Assembly (NCBI GenBank): GCA_002490245.1
Contig: PCNA01000017.1
Span: forward strand, 1-38,556
Length of the DNA stretch: 38,556 nucleotides
Direction: 5' to 3'
DNA from: Candidatus Bathyarchaeota archaeon B24-2
GTDB taxonomy: Archaea; Thermoproteota; Bathyarchaeia; Bathyarchaeales; B24-2
Each line of letters opens with the position of its first letter. Position 1 is the first letter of the stretch. The position numbers were made by a program, and so were the translations under genes. Below the pieces are notes generated by a model. That model did not search any database. It was given only the letters and a program-made list of their open reading frames with translations, and was not told the DNA's origin. Positions 1 through 8,446 of this stretch are shown piece by piece.

Positions 1-1072
1 TCCAAACTACACGTTTATAGCCTCCGTCGGCTTGGAGGAACTTGGGCGAACGCATATACTCTATCGAGATTCCGTGGAAACCATCGACCTGTCTACCCCC
101 GGCAGCAGAATCAGCCATCGTCGAGAATGGGAGACCATTAACCGTCACCCCACGGAAACCTCGATGAACTATACCTAGACCGTCGACCTCAGGGATGTAG
201 AAGGCTATAGCTTCAAAGCATCCACACGATGTATGTGGATATCCGAAGGCTGAGTAGAGCCAAACTCGGGTGACCTCGCCCATCGACCTCTTCTTCGCGT
301 GTTCGTTAACGCCAGTATATTCTCCTCTCAATGGATCTAGGCATTCTCCCTTCTTTATCGGGAATATCGGGCCTTTGGGGTCTATTCTCGCAGCTGCTCT
401 CCCATCGAACCAGCTTATGGCTCCACAGTTCGAATATCTCTGCGGAGTTATGACGCAGACATGTGTAGGCGCGAAGGACTGACAGAGCGCGCATCCGTAG
501 AATGTGTCTACCTCCTCATCTGTGAGGCCTCTCGCCCTAGCATCTCGTGCATCATAAATCTTCAGCGCTTCTTGATACAGCTCTTTAACCTTCTCAGGAT
601 CTGTTATAAAGGTAACCTGCATCTTCTCTATTATGGGTAGCTCGCTCTTGAAGAGTCTGTATAGGACTTTCCCGACATACTTGAATGAGTTTAAACCTTT
701 ATTGAACGATTTCTTGCTGAGTCTAATCCATATATCGTAACGTTGATTTAGATGCATCAAGCCTTCCACGTAATTCATGTATTCGTGTATTCTTCTCTCG
801 ATTACTCCCTCTAAGTCCTCCTCGAGCTGAGAGCCTGATACTTCGACGAGGATTCCGAAGGGATAGCTTTTACCTTCCTCCAAGTCTTTGAGGTCTGGAC
901 CGATGATTATCGTTTCACCGTCCTTCACTTCTTCGGGTTTCTTGACTCTAGCTAGTTCAAATTTCTCCTTTATCTTCGGCCCACCGAGCTCGACGTACAT
1001 GTCTTTCCTACGTACTCTCTCGCCTTCATAGATGACGCTTACGTCTACAGGAATATCCTCAAACATAGACAT
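1..1072 (-). CDS. cdhC: CODH/acetyl-CoA synthase complex beta subunit (partial, runs off the left edge)
   Basis: Not in the ORF track. Manual translation from ATG 1072 gives MSMFEDIPVDVSVIYEGERVRRKDMYVELGGPK...FYGCALCQSFAPTHVC...PHTSCGCFEAIAFYIPEVDG, carrying ACS A-cluster cysteine motifs. It directly follows cdhB. Confidence 0.96.
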   Translation of the reverse strand, partial: MSMFEDIPVDVSVIYEGERVRRKDMYVELGGPKIKEKFELARVKKPEEVKDGETIIIGPDLKDLEEGKSYPFGILVEVSGSQLEEDLEGVIERRIHEYMNYVEGLMHLNQRYDIWIRLSKKSFNKGLNSFKYVGKVLYRLFKSELPIIEKMQVTFITDPEKVKELYQEALKIYDARDARARGLTDEEVDTFYGCALCQSFAPTHVCVITPQRYSNCGAISWFDGRAAARIDPKGPIFPIKKGECLDPLRGEYTGVNEHAKKRSMGEVTRVWLYSAFGYPHTSCGCFEAIAFYIPEVDGLGIVHRGFRGVTVNGLPFSTMADSAAGGRQVDGFHGISIEYMRSPKFLQADGGYKRVVW

Positions 1073-1073
1073 T

Positions 1074-1616
1074 TTACATACCAGCCTCCATCTTTTCGAT
1101 TATGACCCTTAAGTTTTTAGCCCAATCTTCTATCGATAGGGTTGGAAAAGACCAGCTTGCATGCGGGTGATATACTCCATCCAACGTCAACGTCTTTAAT
1201 CCTCCAGCGAAATGCTTAAGCCCTGACAGTATTAACCATTCAACATAGTATTGCATTCCAATAAATAAAGCTAGATCGTAGGGTCCGTTACCGTCGAGAC
1301 CTTCCCACTCAGGGTCTTTAAGCCTGTTAGCTATATCCACTATCGGCATGAAGCCGTCAGGTTTGAATCCTCTCTTCAGGAACTCTCCTACCGTATGGGC
1401 CGTGGCGACCACAGGTATCTTACCGGCTTTAGCTAGTTTTATCACGTAATCGATCAGCTTCTCCCCCGCAATATCGATCTCAGCTACTTTAGATCCCGCG
1501 ATTAGGATCGGTCGTTTAGCCCTCTTTATCATAGCAACTACCACTTCAGGTTTCGTGATTACTAAAGCCTTCTTAGGACCTGGAATCTCGGCTTTCTGCC
1601 AAGGTTCAGCTTTCAT
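1074..1616 (-). CDS. cdhB: CODH/ACS complex epsilon subunit
   Basis: MKAEPWQKAEIPGP...MIKRAKRPILIAG...WEGLDGNGPYDL...YHPHASWSF. Lies between cdhA and cdhC. Start at 1616 preferred over 1634, which overlaps cdhA. Confidence 0.93.
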   Translation of the reverse strand: MKAEPWQKAEIPGPKKALVITKPEVVVAMIKRAKRPILIAGSKVAEIDIAGEKLIDYVIKLAKAGKIPVVATAHTVGEFLKRGFKPDGFMPIVDIANRLKDPEWEGLDGNGPYDLALFIGMQYYVEWLILSGLKHFAGGLKTLTLDGVYHPHASWSFPTLSIEDWAKNLRVIIEKMEAGM

Positions 1617-1623
1617 CAACCTT

Positions 1624-3978
1624 CTACGCCTCACTCTTCCTTATCAGTCTAGGTAAGAGAGTCGGGTCAGGGATCACGGTTTCTTTCCATCCTTTCTCCT
1701 TCAATATTTTGGTTATCTCGTCCTTCATGGTAACTGGGAGGTCAGCTAATGTACGGACGAACAAGTGTATGTCTTCCGGCATGGTTCCGTACAATCTTTT
1801 ATGTAGGTCTATGTAGTGCGTGAGCTTTATAGCTCTACCTTTAGTCGTGTCGTTCGGCCTCATACAGAGCTTAGCTATCATGACCATCGCCTCCTCCTTC
1901 GTCTCCGCCGCATAGAACAGGTGTTCAGGTGTAGGGCCAACATAAACCTTTTTTCCTGTACGCGCGTCGTAAACATACCAGTCTTCCTCACGGTCGGCCC
2001 TGCCAAGCAGCATACGCCTATATTTGAGGCCGTGGGGGCCGACGACGACGGGTACTCCTAAACGCCAGAAGCCGCTGGCTATAGAAGCCGCCTTCTGCGA
2101 CATAGCCCCCCAAGCCACACCCACGGCTCCGACACGGTTAAGGACGTAGTCGGCTATCTCCTCGTAGTTTCCGCGTAGGTTACGTCTCGCGAATATACTT
2201 GCAATCTTTATGGCGGCACCTGCTATATGGGGGTTCGAGACGCATGAGCCTACGTTCAGTAAACATCCTGCATCGAAGTCTCCCGGGAACATCTCGTATG
2301 GCGTTTTACCCTCCTCATTCTTGTACATACCGGCCGACATGGCTGCACAGCCCGAAGTTACCACGATATATCTTCTCTTAGCGAACTCCATGGCCATCTC
2401 TGCGATCTCTCTTCCACCTTTCGGGTAGTTTGCGCATCCGACGAAAGCTATTATGCCGGGAATCTCACCTAATACGATGGGACCGCCGACTTTCCGGATC
2501 TCGATGTCTTGTATGGCTCCCCTGCCAGCTCTGACCTTGAATGTCTCCTCCTTCATCTTCTTCTCCGCGGCTTTCACGATGAAGCTGTGGATAGGCAGGT
2601 TCTCTGGGCAGGCGTGTTCACAGCGAGCGCATCCTATACAGTCGTCGTAGAGCTCGTTAAGTTTATCGAGGTTTCCTCCAGCGGCGGCTTTTATGGCAGC
2701 CGGTATCGGAAGGTCGTTCGGGCAGGCTCTCCTACATTCATTGCATTGCCTACATCTCTTCGAGCCCTCGATAACCTCGCTCACGTCTGGAATAACCTTA
2801 AATTTCTTACGTTTAGGAGCAACCTTCAACGCGACTTTCACCGCAACTTCGCCTACCTTCTCTGGATCGAGTATCAACACGCCTGGAACCTTACCGTTCA
2901 CAAGGTCGTCCACGATTTTATCTGGGTCGTCGTCCGTCCTATTCTCGAGGCCTAGGCAGTTCTTCTCGCTTGCAGCGATCAACGGAGCATGGATCTTCTG
3001 CGCCTCCACTAGAGCGTCCGCGCGTATACACTGCTCGTCTACTACTATAACGTCTGGAATTCCGCTTCGGATGGCGCGTAGCTGCCAAGAGATCGGACCC
3101 ACTATCTTCGCTTTGGGGTTATACCTCGTCACGTCGTGAGCTGTGCAGCATAAACCGACTACCTCCACTTCGCCTAGGAGGCCTAAGTCGTTCAGGTAGT
3201 CCACTATCTCTATAGCCGGTGGGACGTTATGTCCTATAACCATGATTACAGGCTTCTCTCGGTCTACTACGCCGAAGCCTAGCTCCACGAGTGGAGCATC
3301 AGGGTCAGCCCTTGGGAAACCGTAGGCAGATATTTGGGCTATGTCGGCTATCTCCATCCCAACTTGGTCTATCATACCAGCATGGAAGACCTTAGATTCG
3401 AAGTCTATGTTACTGCCTTCCTGTCCTGTATGAGTTACGGATAGGAGGTGTGTTAGCTGCTCTTCTAGATAGTCTAAAACTTCCTCTAAGTCGCCTAGCG
3501 TTCGGGGTCGAATACCGCATACGAGGCGTGTGACCGGGGCCTCGACCTCGACGTTCGTCCCGCCAACGTTTATCGGGGTTCTTCTACCAAACTTCTCTAT
3601 CAAGTGGTCGACTAAATGCCTAGCGTGTCCTATGTGGGTTGCCGCTCCTATGCAGCATGCAAGCAACACTATACGGGATTGCTGAGCAGGCATGTTCAGT
3701 CCGCAAGCTCCGCGTTTATCTCCGGTTAAGTCGCATTTACCGAACGTGCATAGACAGCATACGTCGCAGAAGGGCATATAGAAGGGCTTATATCGTTTCA
3801 ACAGTTTTAGGTCCCATTCTCTAAGGTCTGTGATAGAGGGGAAGGGTGTCGGACCTATGGGCTCCTCCCATTCCTCCTCTATTACTCGTCCCACAGAGAG
3901 CTCTAGACCTTTTATGGTTGCAAAATCACTTTTCAGCTCATCAATCCTTATTCTCGTTTTCTTCAAGTAATGCACCAC
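1624..3978 (-). CDS. cdhA: CODH/ACS complex alpha subunit (Ni-CODH with ferredoxin insert)
   Basis: CDVCCLCTFGKC; C-cluster ligand motifs GHN, LCCT, DEQC, VGC, SGC, GSCVSN; two CxxCxxCxxxCP motifs. True start may be TTG at 3966, behind GTGGTG. Confidence 0.97.
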   Translation of the reverse strand: MVHYLKKTRIRIDELKSDFATIKGLELSVGRVIEEEWEEPIGPTPFPSITDLREWDLKLLKRYKPFYMPFCDVCCLCTFGKCDLTGDKRGACGLNMPAQQSRIVLLACCIGAATHIGHARHLVDHLIEKFGRRTPINVGGTNVEVEAPVTRLVCGIRPRTLGDLEEVLDYLEEQLTHLLSVTHTGQEGSNIDFESKVFHAGMIDQVGMEIADIAQISAYGFPRADPDAPLVELGFGVVDREKPVIMVIGHNVPPAIEIVDYLNDLGLLGEVEVVGLCCTAHDVTRYNPKAKIVGPISWQLRAIRSGIPDVIVVDEQCIRADALVEAQKIHAPLIAASEKNCLGLENRTDDDPDKIVDDLVNGKVPGVLILDPEKVGEVAVKVALKVAPKRKKFKVIPDVSEVIEGSKRCRQCNECRRACPNDLPIPAAIKAAAGGNLDKLNELYDDCIGCARCEHACPENLPIHSFIVKAAEKKMKEETFKVRAGRGAIQDIEIRKVGGPIVLGEIPGIIAFVGCANYPKGGREIAEMAMEFAKRRYIVVTSGCAAMSAGMYKNEEGKTPYEMFPGDFDAGCLLNVGSCVSNPHIAGAAIKIASIFARRNLRGNYEEIADYVLNRVGAVGVAWGAMSQKAASIASGFWRLGVPVVVGPHGLKYRRMLLGRADREEDWYVYDARTGKKVYVGPTPEHLFYAAETKEEAMVMIAKLCMRPNDTTKGRAIKLTHYIDLHKRLYGTMPEDIHLFVRTLADLPVTMKDEITKILKEKGWKETVIPDPTLLPRLIRKSEA

Positions 3979-4180
3979 GCTAACGTTATGTTAGGTTTAG
4001 ATCGTTAAGAGGGTAACCTATCTTAATAAAAATATTTCCTCTATAGTGTAACAATATAGTATGTATTACTCTTCGCCATATTCGATGAAAACGATGTTAA
4101 ACGCTATACTATTTAAGCTGGATTTAGCCTATGTAGATAAAAGTAGAAAAAGTTTGTAGGGAGACTGAAACCTCGAACTT

Positions 4181-4432
4181 TTATTCGTCGCCTTTATACT
4201 GTTTAGCTACTATCATAGTTGAGGTTAAGTAAACGTCGGGGAGAGACCTTATCTTGTCTGTTATGAACGTATCGAGTTCCCTGAGGTTCGAAACCTTGAC
4301 TTGGAGCAACGCGTCGTATTCGCCGTAGAGTTCGCTGACCTCTACCACTTCCTCGTTCTCCGCGATCTTACTGCAAACCCTTCTCTCTGAACCGGGGGTT
4401 AGGGTCACTAAGATATAGGCTTTAACGACCAT
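4181..4432 (-). CDS. Stand-alone Lrp/AsnC ligand-binding (RAM) domain protein
   Basis: 83 aa, KAYILV...GEYDALLQV...IRSLPDVYLTSTMIV. No N-terminal HTH. Confidence 0.88.
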   Translation of the reverse strand: MVVKAYILVTLTPGSERRVCSKIAENEEVVEVSELYGEYDALLQVKVSNLRELDTFITDKIRSLPDVYLTSTMIVAKQYKGDE

Positions 4433-4526
4433 CCTGAAACCTCACTAACTGAAAAATATGGTTTTACCCTTAATATACCTTGTTTTAATTTAAGGTTTGA
4501 AATCAAATTTTTTTATATTAAAGAGC

Positions 4527-4778
4527 GGTCGGTGATCGTTCGTAGAGGATGAGAAAATCGAAAAATATCGATTGTTCCAGGGACTGAATAAACCATTCTG
4601 AAATAATAGTGAGCTAGAAAGGACTGTTCCTCAGCACTACGGCAAAGGTCGGGAAGAGGCGTACATAAAGACTTGTGAGGAACCGAAAAGGGGCGTTCGC
4701 GACCCATGACGGTAGGGGATCATAAGGCCCTGCTCAAGAGCTCTACGGCGGAACTCTTAACCACGAACACACCGAACC
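4527..4778 (+). ncRNA. Candidate structured non-coding RNA of unknown family
   Basis: The two ends are complementary, there are several nested helices and a UUCG-capped hairpin, and a TATA-like element lies upstream. No credible CDS. Strand inferred. Confidence 0.45.
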
Positions 4779-4800
4779 TTAAACAAATTAAGTTCCTCTT

Positions 4801-5217
4801 TTAACGGTATGACTTCTGGAACCTCGCCCTAGCTCCCGGACCTCCGAACTTTTTGGGTTCCTTTCTTCTCGGGTCGCCTGTGAGGAGAGTTCTGTCGAAC
4901 TCCATGAAAACCCTCTGAAGCCGGGTGTCCTTATACCATTTAACTAGAGCTCTAGCGATGGCTGTTCTAGCTGCTTCAGCTTGCCCCATGAAGCCTCCGC
5001 CGGACACTTTAACTTCGATGTCTACGTCTTTGAGTAATTCTTCCCCTGCCAGTATGAGGGGCTCCATGATCTTCTCCCTAGCGATCTCGGGTTGATAGAT
5101 CTCGATCGGAACCCTGTTTATCCGAACCCTTCCTTTACCCTGCTTTATCACAGCCCTAGCGATAGCAGTCTTTCTTTTACCGCTTGTGAGGAGTACTCTA
5201 GGGTGGCTTCTCGACAT
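4801..5217 (-). CDS. rps9: 30S ribosomal protein S9 (uS9)
   Basis: [11 protein letters not shown]...[12 protein letters not shown]...[18 protein letters not shown]. Confidence 0.98.
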   Translation of the reverse strand: MSRSHPRVLLTSGKRKTAIARAVIKQGKGRVRINRVPIEIYQPEIAREKIMEPLILAGEELLKDVDIEVKVSGGGFMGQAEAARTAIARALVKWYKDTRLQRVFMEFDRTLLTGDPRRKEPKKFGGPGARARFQKSYR

Positions 5218-5220
5218 ATC

Positions 5221-5652
5221 CTAGACCTCCGGGTTCCATCCTATTCCTTTCGCTAGCTCGCCTAAAGTAACGTAGGGACAACGGAGTTTATCAACTTTAG
5301 CTTCAGAGATCACTTCGAACTCTGCTCCCTCATACTCTTTAGGAACGCCCAGATAAACCCTTAATCTCCGATAGGCTTCGACACCCTTAGGTTTCCTCCT
5401 CGGAAGCATACCACGAATCGTTCTCCTCAAGATTCTATCAGGCCTTCTTGGATGGTGTGGACCCTTACCTGGATGGCCCACCTGAAGGAATTCTTTCATC
5501 TCTCGGAGTAGGCTCAGCCTTTTCCCTGACAACACCGCCTTTTCTGCGTTTACTATCACGATACGCTCTCCTGAGAGTAGACGCTTAGCTACTATGCTTG
5601 CGAGTCTACCGAGGATCGCTCCTGAAGCGTCTATAACCACTTCGTCGTCCAT
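5221..5652 (-). CDS. rpl13: 50S ribosomal protein L13 (uL13)
   Basis: IDASGAILGRLAS...NAEKAVLSG...RRTIRGMLP. Confidence 0.98.
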   Translation of the reverse strand: MDDEVVIDASGAILGRLASIVAKRLLSGERIVIVNAEKAVLSGKRLSLLREMKEFLQVGHPGKGPHHPRRPDRILRRTIRGMLPRRKPKGVEAYRRLRVYLGVPKEYEGAEFEVISEAKVDKLRCPYVTLGELAKGIGWNPEV

Positions 5653-5659
5653 TCAACCG

Positions 5660-6016
5660 TCACCCCATGAGCTTAACGTTAGACCCTTTCGGGTTCTTGC
5701 TGATGAGGTCTTGTATGCTCAAGACTTCCCCGCCAGCCTCCAGTATCTTAGCTTTAGCGTTTTTAGAGAAAGAGAAAGCGGCAACCTTAACGGGGTGGTC
5801 TAGCTTCCCGGAGCCTAATACTTTGCCGGGCACGAGAACCGTTTCACCTTCCGCGGTGTATCTGTTTATCCTGCTAAGGTTCACTACCACCCTCCTACTT
5901 CGAGGTTTAGATAGACGTTCGGCCGCGTCCCTCCAGATGGAAGCGTTCTCTTTGGAGGAATTCTTCTTAAGTAGACGTACGGTCTTTAGCAGGTCCTCGT
6001 TCATCATACGTTTCAT
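5660..6016 (-). CDS. rpl18e: 50S ribosomal protein L18e (eL18)
   Basis: VNLSRINRY...VPGKVLGSG...AAFSFS...NPKGSNV; conserved operon position. Confidence 0.97.
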   Translation of the reverse strand: MKRMMNEDLLKTVRLLKKNSSKENASIWRDAAERLSKPRSRRVVVNLSRINRYTAEGETVLVPGKVLGSGKLDHPVKVAAFSFSKNAKAKILEAGGEVLSIQDLISKNPKGSNVKLMG

Positions 6017-6841
6017 CCGTTCTCACCCGGCTCTTCGATCTCCTCGAGGCAGCGTATGAAAGATTCAGCCTTCTTATTAAAGATGTTTATCGCCTCCAAG
6101 AATATTCTCTTCGGGTCGAGGACGCCTGTAGATTCCAGCGTTAATATGAAGGAGTTTTTATCCCAGCTGACCTCTATGGCTTTCGGCTCTTTTCTACATG
6201 CTTTAACGCAGTCGGAGCATAAGCTGCATTCTTCGACGTCTTCGACCCTAACTTTGCCGTCTTCTATATGTAGTATCTTTTCTGGACATACCTCGACGCA
6301 ATCCCCACATCCGTCGCATCGCTCATCATAAACTTTCACACGTGGATAGTTCTTATATATGCAGAGTGAAACAGGCTGCCATTTAGCATGTTTTTTCCCT
6401 CTACCCAACCTCGCGTAAGCTTCGAGCCTGATCCTCTGACCAGAACTCAACTTGACTATCGGTATTTTATCGCTTACCGGAACGGTCTCCGGATCCTCCG
6501 GGATGGTCTCCTGAATAGACCACCCTCACACCCTCCGTCGACTCGACGTCTAGGGTGAAGGACGCCCTACAGAGGGGGCAGCCTAGTTCGCTCTTACATT
6601 CACACTCCTCGGGTAGCTTGTAGGCGTCTAAGTTAGTTTTGATAGGTATTAGACCTAGCCTGTGACTTAAGAACTCGTCACTCATCACCGAAGAGTTCTC
6701 CAGAATGATCACGTCGTCTATAGCCATACATGGAACCTCAGATAAGATGATCCTTCTTATCGAGTTCAGGAAAGAGCTATCTACACCCTCGACGATTAAC
6801 TTAAGGTTGTTTTCATTTAGGTTTAAAATCTTAACGTGCAT
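6013..6841 (-). CDS. rpoD: RNA polymerase subunit D (Rpo3), split by a frameshift at ~6505
   Basis: Two ORFs (6467..6841 and 6013..6450) join across GAC-C-ATC to give ...VYSGD[x]IPEDPETVPVSDKIPIVKLSSGQRIRLEAYARLGRGKKHAKW. Also NSIRRIILSEVP and HRLGLIPI motifs. Confidence 0.95.
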
Positions 6842-6883
6842 AAACCTCGCCTAGACAAACGAAACGATCGTCTGGATGCGGCC

Positions 6884-7288
6884 TTACACTCTACGGCCCC
6901 TTCTACCCCCCTTTCTTCTGGTTCCGTCATGCGGTATAGGGGTAACCTCTTCTATACGACCTATCCTCAGGCCAGACCTCGCCAGCGCTCTTATAGCCGC
7001 TTGTGCTCCAGGCCCAGGGGTTCTAGCCCCAGAGCCTCCAGGCGCCCTAACCTTAATGTGTATGGCGGTTATCCCCTTGTCTTTAGCTACCTGAGAGACG
7101 TAGGCAGCCGCTCTCATGGCAGCGTAGGGTGAAGACTCAAGCCTATCGGCTTTAACGAACATCCCGCCTGAGGCTCGCGCGATGGTTTCGGCTCCTGATA
7201 GGTCGGTGAGGTGTACTAGGGTGTTGTTGTATGAGCTGTATATGTGGACTACTCCCCACCTTTCTTTCTTTTTGCTCAAGTCGGTCAA
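6884..7288 (-). CDS. rps11: 30S ribosomal protein S11 (uS11)
   Basis: HIYSSYNNT...SSPYAAM...[15 protein letters not shown]...PIPHDGTR. Confidence 0.98.
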   Translation of the reverse strand: MTDLSKKKERWGVVHIYSSYNNTLVHLTDLSGAETIARASGGMFVKADRLESSPYAAMRAAAYVSQVAKDKGITAIHIKVRAPGGSGARTPGPGAQAAIRALARSGLRIGRIEEVTPIPHDGTRRKGGRRGRRV

Positions 7289-7836
7289 CCTCCACTCTTG
7301 ATCTCAGGTTTCTCCGTTTTACCTATAGATTGACGAAGCGGATGTGAGGGGTCGGCTAGCGGACTCTTATAGTAGTAGGTAACAGCCTCCTCTTCATCCT
7401 TCATGACGAGGTATCCTGGAGAGAACACTCTTCTATCCCCGATCGCTATGTGCCCGTGAGTTATAAGCTGTCTAGCTTGGTAAGGAGTCTTTGCTAGACC
7501 CTTCCTGTAGACTATCGTTTGGAGCCTACGTTCAAGCAAGTCCTCGACCGACAAGTCTAAGACGTCGTCTAACACCGCATCCTCCATTAATACTCCCATC
7601 CGTTTCAGGCGGCTTAGAAGCTGGTTCTCGAGTAAGCCTCTCTCCTCAGGCGGTTTACTGAGTAGTGAACGCGCGTTGCTTCTGAACTTGGATAGCATCG
7701 TGGTATAGCGCCAGAGCTCCCTCTTGTTCCTTAGACCGTATTCACCGATCAGTTTAAGCTCTGCCTGAAGGGTCTCAGCCTGCCAAGGGAACTTCGGAGT
7801 AGTATATTTTTTACGTTGCTTCTTCGGGTCACCCAC
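7285..7836 (-). CDS. rps4: 30S ribosomal protein S4 (uS4)
   Basis: [11 protein letters not shown]...[10 protein letters not shown]...LERRLQTIV...[10 protein letters not shown]. Confidence 0.98.
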   Translation of the reverse strand: MGDPKKQRKKYTTPKFPWQAETLQAELKLIGEYGLRNKRELWRYTTMLSKFRSNARSLLSKPPEERGLLENQLLSRLKRMGVLMEDAVLDDVLDLSVEDLLERRLQTIVYRKGLAKTPYQARQLITHGHIAIGDRRVFSPGYLVMKDEEEAVTYYYKSPLADPSHPLRQSIGKTEKPEIKSGG

Positions 7837-8287
7837 GGCCTGCCCGCCTCCTCCTTACACCTACGGCTTTCCCCGTCCTTCCCGTAGTCTTCGTCCTCTG
7901 ACCCCTAACTCTGAGGCCCAGCGCATGGCGTACACCCTTCCAACACTTGATCCTCTTCATGAGTTCTATATCGGATTTAACCCTCAACTCTAAGTCTGCA
8001 CCCAGTAGGTGTAGGTTCTCCCCCGTCTCTAAGTCTTTACGTCTATTCAGAGCCCACTCAGGTATATCGTATTTACTCGGGTTTTGGATGATGTCTGAGA
8101 GGCTTTCTATCTCGGATTCCGTGAGGAAGCCTAGCCTCATGTCAGGGTCTATTCCAGCCTTCTTCAAGATCATCTGCGCTAGGTTTATCCCTATACCTTT
8201 AAGCCCGGTTAGGGCATAGGCTACTTTAAGCGAGCCGTCGAGGTCTCGATCCACGATCCTCACTATATGTTGAAACTGCCTCGACAT
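7829..8287 (-). CDS. rps13: 30S ribosomal protein S13 (uS13)
   Basis: LTGLKGIG...NRRKD...[22 protein letters not shown]. Confidence 0.98.
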   Translation of the reverse strand: MSRQFQHIVRIVDRDLDGSLKVAYALTGLKGIGINLAQMILKKAGIDPDMRLGFLTESEIESLSDIIQNPSKYDIPEWALNRRKDLETGENLHLLGADLELRVKSDIELMKRIKCWKGVRHALGLRVRGQRTKTTGRTGKAVGVRRRRAGRG

Positions 8288-8446
8288 TCCGGATCTTCCA
8301 TATTTGTTGATCTGGACTTATTTACCGTGATTTCCCCAACCTATTTAAATTTTCTCTATAACGACTTAAATGTTACCAGTTTCCTCTCTGAAGGCTTTCA
8401 ATACGACCTGTCTTAGACGACTCTACAGAGACTAGTGGAGGCAAGG

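Noticed and set aside
270-3824. Alternative ORFs overlapping cdhABC
   Set aside because: Antisense or out-of-frame shadows of well-supported genes. The same applies to similar ORFs over other genes in the window.
4549-4616. Short ORF with an in-frame TGA (MRKSKNIDCSRD*INHSEIIVS) as a selenoprotein
   Set aside because: No redox motif or recognisable homology, and no identifiable archaeal SECIS.
4513-4707. 64-aa minus-strand ORF (MGRERPFS...)
   Set aside because: Composition is not protein-like and it has no RpoN motif. The region is better explained by RNA structure.
4527-4778. Assignment as SRP RNA, RNase P RNA, tmRNA, or a lysine, cobalamin, SAM or c-di-GMP riboswitch
   Set aside because: Only scattered short word matches (AGAGG, GGCAAA, GGGAAG) without the correct order or spacing. 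There is no tRNA-like domain and no downstream gene on the + strand.
6467-6841. Treating the two rpoD ORFs as separate genes or a true pseudogene
   Set aside because: One lesion in an essential, otherwise intact gene. The halves join into a normal RpoD.
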